Source of the DNA: a virus
Taxonomy: Duplodnaviria > Caudoviricetes
Reading direction: 5' to 3' (one strand)
DNA length: 43,799 nt
IMG/VR virus record: IMGVR_UViG_3300016476_000200
Location: 1-43,799 of that record
The notes beneath the pieces were generated by a model. The model saw nothing but the letters and a program-made list of their open reading frames with translations, was not told the origin of the DNA and did not search any database. Each line of letters begins with the position of its first letter. Position 1 is the stretch's first letter. Below are positions 36,601-43,799 of this stretch, piece by piece. The translations under genes were made by a program, and so were the position numbers.

Positions 36601-39600
36601 AAGCAAGGCTTGAAGAAGATATTGATACGGACGTTAGAGATACCGTAGACGATGAAGTAAGCGTTAAAGAAAGAGATGACTCTTACGAACCTCTTGACTT
36701 TCGTAAAACAAAGTACACACGATTTAAAAAGATCAAAAGCCTTACGAAAGGCTTGAAGGCTGACACTGTCAGGTCGTTGATTGGCAAAATCACGGCTGGC
36801 TGGAAGAACCCGCCTAATTTTATTGTTGTACAGTCGTATCTTGATCTACCGCAAGAACTTGATCCCGAGGCTGCCGCAGACAGCATGGGCTTTGCCTCTG
36901 GTAACGATGTGTACATTATTGCAGACAACATTCGTCTGCCGTCTGATCTAAAAGCCACGGTATTCCACGAATCACTTGGTCACTACGGTCTTGAGCAGTT
37001 GTTTGGGGAGAGGCTTCTCCAGACGATGCTGGACATTTACAACACGAACAATCGTGTTCGCGCCGATGCCGATGCGTGGCTTGAAGAAAACCCGGACGTG
37101 TATCCGGAGAGCGAGTTCACGCAGGATGAACGCAGGGCGCTGGCAGCGGAAGAAGTCTTTGCCGAGATGTCAGAAGGTGGCCCGATTGCCAACTCGCAGT
37201 ATCGCGCTGCGTTCAACCGTGTTGCTGCCTTAATCCGTAAGTTTGCCCGTGCCTTGAGTCGACTGGTTGGCCGGGACGTTTCTTACAGCAACCGCGAAAT
37301 CCAAGACATCATCGCGCAGGCTCACAACAAGGTCATTACTGGTAAGACCCGCCTCATACCGCGTTACAACAATATCCGGTACATGAAGAAGTGGTACGAC
37401 CGCACGTTGACCAATGCAATGGACTACGCGCAAAAAGCGCCGGAAGCCTCGCGAGAACTTCTGACCGGTAACGTCGACGCGCTTAGTAACATTCCTAACT
37501 CACTGCGTAACGCAAAGCTGGCTACGTTCTCAATGCATCACATTATGCAGTTATTTGAGAAGTATGCCCCTGCGTTCCGTGCCCTGAACAATTTGATTGA
37601 AAGAAAAGCCTACGACTCCACAAAGGAGATGGTGGAGTTCACCAAGCAGGCAAGTAAGTATCGACAAGTCCTGCGTAACAACAGTCAGTACGTAGACGAG
37701 TTCAACAAGGTCGCGCACCTGATTAACCTCTCTCAGGCCCCAGTGCTTGCGGAACAGGTAAATGCAAATGGTGACTTTGAGCGTTATGTACCAAACGTAG
37801 CAGCGCAACGGATGCGTAATATCCCTGCGAATAGCGCGGCGTACAACGCGCTTACGCCTGATGACAAGGTACTACACGAAGCGGTTAATAGGTTTTATGC
37901 ACTGCCGACTGATGTTCAGCAGGTGATTGCTGACGTATACACTGATTACAGGAATTACAGTGACAATGCGTTCAAAATTAAACTGACGCAGTTAATGAAC
38001 AGATTGCCTGCCAATATTGTTGCAGGCATCAAAGCAAACTTCCAAAACAACCGATTGAAGTTCTATCTGCCCCTGCCACGCGAGGGTATGTACAAACTTG
38101 TCTATTTGGATAACAACGGCATACGAGTTAGCCAGTTGTTTGATAGCTTGGCTGGGCGAGATAGCGCAGAACGACAGGTGCGTAGTCAGGGCATGACTGT
38201 CCTTGATGAACCCAAGGTGCTACGCCAGAGAAACTACAGCGATTCAAATCTGCCGCCGGGATTGCTCAAGGAACTTCTTGAAAATGTGCAGGACTCCTTG
38301 ACCAGATCAGGTGTAGCCCCTGCCGATATTGATAAGGCAAAAGAAACGGTCTTTGATACGTTTGTTGAGTTCATGCCCGGTGCTTACGGTAACGATCTGC
38401 GTCAAGAGATTAGTTCACGTAAGACTTTCATGCTCAACGGCGTGATGTATTACGGGCGGCTTGGTTACGATGAGGATGTGATTGGTGCGTACGAAAAACG
38501 CATCCCCGGCATCATTTATCAAATCAACAATCTCAAGTACACGATGCCCTTTGAGAAGGTCAGGAAACTGATCAAGGAGCAGTTGACCACATATCGTGAT
38601 AACAAGGGTGCACCTGCCTATGCAGGATTGCCGGATCTAGATGATCCGTACCTTGAGTCACTGCGTGAGGACTTGGATTCTCGAATCTCGTTTGCCAAGA
38701 CGTTGCAGCAATACTCGCCGTATGTGTACACAATTGGTAAAGCCAATTACATCTACAGTATTGCGCTAAACATATCTTCAGCCATGATCAATACGACCAT
38801 CATTCCTATGATGGCTTGGCCTGCGCTTGCGGCTAAATATGGCGTTGTTAATGCTACACGTGCTGTGGGGCAGGCAATGCAGATGTTCTTCAAGCACTCG
38901 TACCGTGATCCGCAGACCGGTAGGTTGAGCTTCGACTACAAGCGTTTGGCTGATATGCCCGCCTCGTTTGGTGGCGACAATATGCCTGCTGCTTACGCGC
39001 AGACGGCGCACGGTAGAGAGTTCAACCGCTTCTTCCGTACGTTGGTGGCTAGATCTGTGGTGGGAACTGCTGCTGAACAAGAACTGATTCAGGCAGAGAA
39101 CATTACTGTTCCGGGTTACGAAGGCTTGAGTGCCAAAGCAAATTTGCTGATGAGCTATGTATTCCGTAGTTCTGAGCGTATGAACCGTGAAGTCACAGCG
39201 CTCGCTGCCTACATGCTGGCTCGTAACATTGACGTAAATGGGCAGGCATTTGATGCTAACAGGCAGGGAGTAAGTGTAGGCAAGGCGTCGGAAGAAGCGA
39301 TCCGTCTTAACTACGATATCAACGGTGCTACCACGCCTGAGACGAACAGCCGTTTGTACCAGACAGACATCGGCCGTATTGCTCTTACGTTCAGAACGCA
39401 CGCTCTGAACATGATCTTGAATCTCGCCTTTACGTTTAATCAGGCGGTCGAAAAGATCAACGCGAACCAGCCGAACGTGGCTGAGCGTAAACTTTTAAAA
39501 TCAATCGCTCGTAGAAAATTGCTGTACATCTTCGGTTCGACGTACATGCTGGCGGGCATAAAGGGTTTGCCGCTTTTTGGCGCTGCCGAGGTGCTCGCGT

Positions 39601-40367
39601 CTCTGCTGATGGGCGATGATGACGAGCCGTATGATCTTGAGCAGGAAGTGTTGGATTCGGTTGGCACGTTGGGATTGAACGGTCCTGTTAACGAGTTGTT
39701 GAATATTGATATCGCTTCTAGAACTGGTTTCTATGGCCTTCTGTGGCGCGATGACCCGAAGCGTTTGGCGGAGGTGGGCGTGCCTGTGTATGTTCTGGAG
39801 CGTTTGGCGGGACCGACTTACGGACTGGTTGAAGCAGCGCGTCGTGGATTCAATGACTTTGCGGAAGGGGATTTGCAACGCGGGTTTGAGGCCATACTGC
39901 CTGCTCCGTTACGTAACGGATTGAAGGGTATGCGGTATGGTATAGAAGGTGCTTTGACGAGGGACGGGCTTCCCATCGTTGACGATGTCAATGCGTATAA
40001 CTCAATGATGCAGGTGTTGGGTTTTGCCCCGGCAGATTTGGCGGTGGCACAGGCGCAGAGAGGTGCGACCTATCAGGTTAGCGAGAAGTTAAAGAACCGA
40101 CGTACTTCTCTTTTGACGAATCTTTATGCTGCACGAAAGGCGGACAATCCAGAGGCAATGGAGAAGGCTCTGGAGGATATTCGTTCATTCAACGGTTCTA
40201 ATCCCTCCTACGCAATTACATCCGACTCCATTACCAAGTCGTTTAACGAACGCGAACGTAGGGCCAGAGAAGCAATCATGGGTATTTACCAACCCAGAAA
40301 CTTGCGTTACGCCACGTCTGAGTACGTAGCGGATCTGGATGCAGAGGATGAGGATGCCTTCTTCTAG
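33666..40367 (+). CDS. Large polyvalent ejection protein (2233 aa) with wHTH, zincin-like HExxGH and PLxRFG-like motifs
   Basis: N-terminal Gly/Ala membrane-type segments; HESLGHYGL at 36966; YLPLPREG near 38070; two wHTH-like segments; QLGLF at 36333. Confidence 0.8.
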   Translation: MATLNDIASALRKADAAGDTEAARRLARAYRDQKSQLLSMFEPPKEQAGFLGSFREAVTTLGLTDEAAEYAANPTAENREAFLKKAESKYKSVGGFGKGENWEAFKELLGGSLGALVAPIGAAVVGGGLPGFAAASAGQYGIQNLRRQAEEQQAAAEAGEVVPELSLGKAAAAAGASTALDVVPGALILKGLSKFPIARGLLSEDATSSKAAQVLIDAFKNENLSLKGNIVKGVGLGVAFEVPQEIAQQALERWQAGLPLDDAEAKEEFKQAAIGAAVLGGGFGAIGGAGTYRGVQAEKAKAAAEQERERTEIEQSIFGAPLPSDVGVPADFYAADEERRGRELEESIFGAIPTDTGIPADMLETEAQREARLEREAIQAYEREQLEKAEPEELLRGQYSARTLREAAEAEALAPREEDEGAPYIPPAQVTDEGEVEAVAPPAPFTEGVMEGLGAPTEGGIPAEMLAPTPREIALEVIKTTPTIKAVADATGLNQPQAAGLMRQFVDEGLLERKGSKFKTVTPAPAVEPEATDVPSATVATTETDGGAGRGGADLFTLGPPAGELGAPPTGGAGLAATGDVTERVDDRERDVSPTLEADLESLGLESAPTETGLPPRKLEAYLAERQKVRDLKDRAVAFIRETGKGSATELQAALGIPLTQAKALRSALLGSGQVVQKTNVKAAKTAGRSYFVVEGDYTPSGKFAPREAAATEARQEPVAETGLEDLGLEGAPAETGLPPEMLDRYFAEQRLEEARQRATGKLRGEGVESEAERIQREADKAAEITDAIPRELPPTLKPEIGKGEYGLRYKDAQGNTVYRAYESTGQRSEARANLAKEGNKDFGTFSRMAEIAKFELDYIKRQAMPAMTKPQVQRAVQNIKAGMSKLKTQLGLFTEEEAPTPKKAVPKRVSRKEVVDYAKNVITLARDSGKLKKYAKRIQGVLDSVQRGDTDLRTDYKTLQRIEDSITKAEAQLGEATQARLEEDIDTDVRDTVDDEVSVKERDDSYEPLDFRKTKYTRFKKIKSLTKGLKADTVRSLIGKITAGWKNPPNFIVVQSYLDLPQELDPEAAADSMGFASGNDVYIIADNIRLPSDLKATVFHESLGHYGLEQLFGERLLQTMLDIYNTNNRVRADADAWLEENPDVYPESEFTQDERRALAAEEVFAEMSEGGPIANSQYRAAFNRVAALIRKFARALSRLVGRDVSYSNREIQDIIAQAHNKVITGKTRLIPRYNNIRYMKKWYDRTLTNAMDYAQKAPEASRELLTGNVDALSNIPNSLRNAKLATFSMHHIMQLFEKYAPAFRALNNLIERKAYDSTKEMVEFTKQASKYRQVLRNNSQYVDEFNKVAHLINLSQAPVLAEQVNANGDFERYVPNVAAQRMRNIPANSAAYNALTPDDKVLHEAVNRFYALPTDVQQVIADVYTDYRNYSDNAFKIKLTQLMNRLPANIVAGIKANFQNNRLKFYLPLPREGMYKLVYLDNNGIRVSQLFDSLAGRDSAERQVRSQGMTVLDEPKVLRQRNYSDSNLPPGLLKELLENVQDSLTRSGVAPADIDKAKETVFDTFVEFMPGAYGNDLRQEISSRKTFMLNGVMYYGRLGYDEDVIGAYEKRIPGIIYQINNLKYTMPFEKVRKLIKEQLTTYRDNKGAPAYAGLPDLDDPYLESLREDLDSRISFAKTLQQYSPYVYTIGKANYIYSIALNISSAMINTTIIPMMAWPALAAKYGVVNATRAVGQAMQMFFKHSYRDPQTGRLSFDYKRLADMPASFGGDNMPAAYAQTAHGREFNRFFRTLVARSVVGTAAEQELIQAENITVPGYEGLSAKANLLMSYVFRSSERMNREVTALAAYMLARNIDVNGQAFDANRQGVSVGKASEEAIRLNYDINGATTPETNSRLYQTDIGRIALTFRTHALNMILNLAFTFNQAVEKINANQPNVAERKLLKSIARRKLLYIFGSTYMLAGIKGLPLFGAAEVLASLLMGDDDEPYDLEQEVLDSVGTLGLNGPVNELLNIDIASRTGFYGLLWRDDPKRLAEVGVPVYVLERLAGPTYGLVEAARRGFNDFAEGDLQRGFEAILPAPLRNGLKGMRYGIEGALTRDGLPIVDDVNAYNSMMQVLGFAPADLAVAQAQRGATYQVSEKLKNRRTSLLTNLYAARKADNPEAMEKALEDIRSFNGSNPSYAITSDSITKSFNERERRAREAIMGIYQPRNLRYATSEYVADLDAEDEDAFF
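35263..35454 (+). CDS. Putative overprinted gene (63 aa, +1 frame) inside the 2233-aa gene
   Basis: GGAGG SD at 35252-35256, 6 nt before the ATG; Leu-rich helical product ending in LH; the host frame here is a low-complexity linker. Confidence 0.6.
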   Translation: MYQAQQLLLQRLTVEQVEEALICLHWDRQPENLVLRQLEAQDWLLLATLLNGLMTEKEMYPLH

Positions 40368-40576
40368 GCTACGCGCCAAACCCTCACGCCAAGGTGTCCA
40401 TCCTTGGACACGGTATAGGCTTTAACCTTAATACCGTAAACCTTGGCGCGAGAGTCGACGACGTAAATCAAAGCCGCAGGTCTAACTGTGGGGATGAAGA
40501 ATGAATCCCCGACCTCCATGCCCTGAAATGGAAAGATCCATTCAGGTTCCGTGAGACTTTGATTTTGATTCTGCAA
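40364..40576 (-). CDS. Small hypothetical protein (FPF..MEVGDSFF ... VRVWR type), possibly DNA-binding
   Basis: Recognisable recurrent phage motif; last gene of the minus-strand replication operon; start codon uncertain. Confidence 0.75.
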   Translation of the reverse strand: MQNQNQSLTEPEWIFPFQGMEVGDSFFIPTVRPAALIYVVDSRAKVYGIKVKAYTVSKDGHLGVRVWRVA

Positions 40577-43391
40577 TCAATTTCTCCATCTGTTCTTTAG
40601 ATGTATCTATCTTAAATGAGTAGCACTTAATGCCATTAAGAGTGCCGCCCTTCCATCCCGTAGACAGGCGCTTCTTCTCCTCAATACCAAGGAAGACACC
40701 CTTTTTAGTCAGAACCTGCTGCATCTCGGCGGTGCTTACCTTGCAGGTCTGAACCAAAAAGTCATCAAAACTCTGCTTGGGAATAAAGAAGTGCCCGGTA
40801 TCCAACTCAAGCCGCCCCTTCAACGGGCCGTAAATCTCTGTCGTACTTACGCCGCCATTAAAGATCAGGATGCCGCGATGGTATTCGTTGAAGAATTCGG
40901 TTATCAAACTTTCGTAGTCTACTAACTGCTCCTTAACAGTCTTGTCGCGGATCATGATTGACCGAAGCATGACTTCATCAAACACGCGGTCTAGGTCGTA
41001 CTCTACGATGTCAAAGTTACGAGCCAACTCCAGACCGGCAAAGGTGGCAGCGGTAGCGTTCTCAAAAAAGCGGAACGTAATGTTCCGACCAAACTTGGAA
41101 TTAAAGATACGCTCACGCCACTTGGCAATCAGGAACTCAATGTCAGCATCGGGAGTAACTATGAGATTCTTGGCGTACTCTCGCCCTGCCCATCCGTAGT
41201 TAGTATTAAATGGGTCGAACACTTGCTCACCCCAACTCGGGTTCTCTTCCAAGTAGGACGGTCTTGGTATCCGGTACTCCATGTAACGAGCCATCTCACC
41301 GGTTGGGTTTCGCTTTGCTGCGTACAACTTATCAACCATCGACTCGTTTGACGTCCATAAAGATATTTGTGCTGCCGACAGTTCTTGTGCGCGTTCTGCA
41401 TTGACGCTCGCCTGCATACGGATTGTTCCCTTGCCTTGGGAAATGGAGTGAATGAGGTTAGCTAACTCTTTTGGATCTTTATCCTTAACTTCGTCGATGC
41501 CTAGCACGATGTTCTTAAAGTTAAGGGCACGCATGACAAAGCCGTTGTCGGTGGCCTTGAACACGCTTGCTTCCATAGGCGAGGCAAACACGCTTACCGC
41601 TGCGATCAACGCACCTGTCTTCGCGCTACCGGTATTGCCCGTATAGCAGAACGTCATGCCTTTCGTCTTGCAGAACCGCATCAACGGGGAGCCAAACGCC
41701 ATGCCCATAGCAAAGGCGTGCATCTCAAACTCGGGCCGGTTGAGAGCACTAGCGCACTCCTTCCACTTCTCGTAACTGCCTCGCGGCTCCATCATTTTGG
41801 CAATGCCGCGCACCAAGGGTGACGTAGCGGACTTACGTTCGTTACCGTTTTTATCGTACTCAACAGAACCAATGATGAATGCAGAGTTATCTTCAGACCA
41901 ACCCATCTGCCCACGGATCAAGTCAGCAGCAGACTGTGACTGTAAGTAATGTGCCCATTTAGTCATGTAGTCCACCAACATCGGCCATAGTTTCTGGTTT
42001 GGCGGGGCGATACCCTCCTTACCCAGAACCTTTTTAAATGCGTCAAGCGAGTTGAATGCCTCCATCGACATATCGAACTCACGAACTTCATGCGGCATCA
42101 CCGCACGTATGACGTATATCTCGCCCGACCCCGGACTGTACTTGCGCTTGATCGGGAAGAAGTCACACATGGAGAGCATGACAGGAGGTGACTGCACCTT
42201 CTGCCCGTCATCATCTATTTCCGGTGGGGGGAGGTAGTAGATTCCTCCGTTCTGTCCTCGGACAAACGGCTTGAGGAATGCGGGAAAGATCGGAACTTCT
42301 TGGGGATTCGTCTCGACCCGAACTGCGTCCTCTTCACTAATCGTTTCGGTTGTCGGGGCTTCAACGAGTCGTCTTCCAAGACCAAGGGGGTTCGTGATCC
42401 GTCCTTTGAATGGGCATCCATCGCATCCACCGGGATTGAGGTCGTTGAACTTGTCGCACGAAAACGGCTTACCAAACGCTTGATTAGCCTTTCTAACAGT
42501 TGTTTCATGGTTGTACTCTGGGTGATCTTCAGACATCAAATGAATGGCGGTTTCCCAGTCGGTGCAGTGCCGTGCAATCGACAACCCTGCATACCACATG
42601 GGTTCTTCCAAGGTCGCTGCATTAACCAGAATGTGCTTGATCTGGGCACAGCCTTTATCGGTAATGCTCTTCTCAGCGATGTCTTGGAATGAAGTCTCGT
42701 AGTTATCAAGCCGCGCAATCTTGCGCGTATCCTCGTCCAAGCCCTTGGGCAGCGTGTCGAAGATAGTCAGTTCAACGTCGTCCTTGGTGTGTCCAAGGTA
42801 ATTCTTAAATTCTTCGTACGACCATTCTTGGAAATCCGTGTCCAGAAGTTTGGTCGGCGTAGGGGGGTTACGTTTGTAGTTAAGACTGTCTGGGCAACGC
42901 AAGATACGGGCAGAGTCTGCCGTCACCGCAGGATCAATCTTCAAATGATCAAGACATAACTTCTTGAATTTAGATGCGTAGGTTTTCCACTCCGCACTCG
43001 GTACGTCCTGATCCAGAATCCAATAAGCATGAACACCGCCGCCCGAATCCACACGGACTGGTGGAGGCAGTTCAGTTACCTTTAAGAAGTCTTCTATTGC
43101 AGACAGCGCCTCGTCCTTACTGGCGTACTTCTTTGGGTTCTCTGGATCAACGTCCAGATCAATAAAGAAGGTTCTGCAATACTCAGCGCACTCGGCTTTT
43201 CGGCTACGCTGGCTAAACGTGTGTAGTGCTACGAATACATTTAATTCACCTTCTTGCAGTTCGACAATAAAGTTTTCCAATTCGCTGAGCGACTCTGCAA
43301 ACCGATGGTAGGTTCGACCGTCTCGGTCGATCCCGGCTGCACAGTACAAACCCTGCGACGGTAATGCTTTCTCGTAAAATTCTTTTCGCAT
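40542..43391 (-). CDS. Primase-helicase (AEP/RepB-like primase, Cys-rich domain, DUF927-type helicase)
   Basis: FFIDLDVD and VDSGGGVHAYW primase motifs; RILRCP; C...SC...CxxC domain; Walker A GNTGSAKT; Walker B LGIDE. Confidence 0.85.
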   Translation of the reverse strand: MRKEFYEKALPSQGLYCAAGIDRDGRTYHRFAESLSELENFIVELQEGELNVFVALHTFSQRSRKAECAEYCRTFFIDLDVDPENPKKYASKDEALSAIEDFLKVTELPPPVRVDSGGGVHAYWILDQDVPSAEWKTYASKFKKLCLDHLKIDPAVTADSARILRCPDSLNYKRNPPTPTKLLDTDFQEWSYEEFKNYLGHTKDDVELTIFDTLPKGLDEDTRKIARLDNYETSFQDIAEKSITDKGCAQIKHILVNAATLEEPMWYAGLSIARHCTDWETAIHLMSEDHPEYNHETTVRKANQAFGKPFSCDKFNDLNPGGCDGCPFKGRITNPLGLGRRLVEAPTTETISEEDAVRVETNPQEVPIFPAFLKPFVRGQNGGIYYLPPPEIDDDGQKVQSPPVMLSMCDFFPIKRKYSPGSGEIYVIRAVMPHEVREFDMSMEAFNSLDAFKKVLGKEGIAPPNQKLWPMLVDYMTKWAHYLQSQSAADLIRGQMGWSEDNSAFIIGSVEYDKNGNERKSATSPLVRGIAKMMEPRGSYEKWKECASALNRPEFEMHAFAMGMAFGSPLMRFCKTKGMTFCYTGNTGSAKTGALIAAVSVFASPMEASVFKATDNGFVMRALNFKNIVLGIDEVKDKDPKELANLIHSISQGKGTIRMQASVNAERAQELSAAQISLWTSNESMVDKLYAAKRNPTGEMARYMEYRIPRPSYLEENPSWGEQVFDPFNTNYGWAGREYAKNLIVTPDADIEFLIAKWRERIFNSKFGRNITFRFFENATAATFAGLELARNFDIVEYDLDRVFDEVMLRSIMIRDKTVKEQLVDYESLITEFFNEYHRGILIFNGGVSTTEIYGPLKGRLELDTGHFFIPKQSFDDFLVQTCKVSTAEMQQVLTKKGVFLGIEEKKRLSTGWKGGTLNGIKCYSFKIDTSKEQMEKLIAESKSKSHGT

Positions 43392-43405
43392 ACGCGCCTA
43401 CAGAT

Positions 43406-43433
43406 AAAAAAGGCGGGGTGGCAGTCCCCCGCC
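43406..43433 (-). terminator. Terminator-like hairpin just upstream of the primase-helicase gene
   Basis: Minus strand GGCGGGG-GACTGCCA-CCCCGCC followed by TTTTTT. Confidence 0.75.
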
Positions 43434-43457
43434 AAACAAAGAGTCGAGATCGTTAGA

Positions 43458-43766
43458 TCAAATCGACTCTCCTACCATGCTTGAGAGGTACATCTTCGCG
43501 TCAATCGCATTTTTGGCAGGGAGAGTGCCTGCCTCCATGTCCTTACTGACGAGATTGATGAACGCTTCTACAGTCCTACGGTTGGACTCTCGGATGTACT
43601 GTCCACGAAACCATTCGTAAACGGTTGTCTTCGATACCTTCAGTACCTTGGCAACGTACAACGCCGGAAGGTTAGCATCGACGCACAACCTGCCAAGTTG
43701 AACGCCCAAGCGCGTAGGATCAGCGTCTCTAAGTTCCAGAAGAAACTTCTGACCGTAAGACCGCAT
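43458..43766 (-). CDS. XRE/Cro-like HTH DNA-binding protein
   Basis: LPALYVAKVLKVSKTTVYEWFRG helix-turn-helix; AAGGAG SD. Confidence 0.8.
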   Translation of the reverse strand: MRSYGQKFLLELRDADPTRLGVQLGRLCVDANLPALYVAKVLKVSKTTVYEWFRGQYIRESNRRTVEAFINLVSKDMEAGTLPAKNAIDAKMYLSSMVGESI

Positions 43767-43775
43767 AACGACTCC

Positions 43776-43799
43776 TTACTTCTTCGCCCACTTCTTGAC
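43776..43799 (-). CDS. C-terminal end of an upstream gene (...VKKWAKK*)
   Basis: Open frame from the window edge to a TAA overlapping the SD of the HTH gene. Identity cannot be determined. Confidence 0.45.
   Translation of the reverse strand, partial: VKKWAKK

Overview
This window is most of a tailed dsDNA phage genome (Caudoviricetes). It is podovirus-like: no tape-measure, tail tube or sheath gene is recognisable, and it has large ejection proteins. Sigma70 promoters and IHF consensus sites suggest a proteobacterial host. Layout: (i) 1-2530 is a minus-strand early/control region. It holds two near-consensus sigma70 promoters, seven copies of the 17-bp palindrome TCCTGAC-RNY-GTCAGGA, a ~500-nt hairpin-rich leader RNA, an origin-like block (inverted repeats, TGTACGC iterons, four IHF sites), a 275-aa orphan gene, and an unannotated 12-codon ORF ending in a beta-clamp-type motif (QLEFPF). 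(ii) 2837-40367 is the plus-strand late region: terminase, portal, GroES-like protein, scaffold, capsid genes, a structured RNA element after the capsid gene, a cluster of small basic proteins, adaptor/tail/fibre genes with a sulfotransferase-like gene, holin and lysozyme, a nozzle-type protein, and four ejection proteins including a 2233-aa polyvalent protein with a likely overprinted gene. (iii) 40364-43799 holds minus-strand replication genes (primase-helicase, HTH protein). The best candidates for undescribed biology are the early palindrome/leader-RNA/micropeptide module and a shared [MFY]-x-x-G-G motif linking the small basic proteins to the ejection proteins. All family assignments were made by eye from motifs and gene order; no searches were run.
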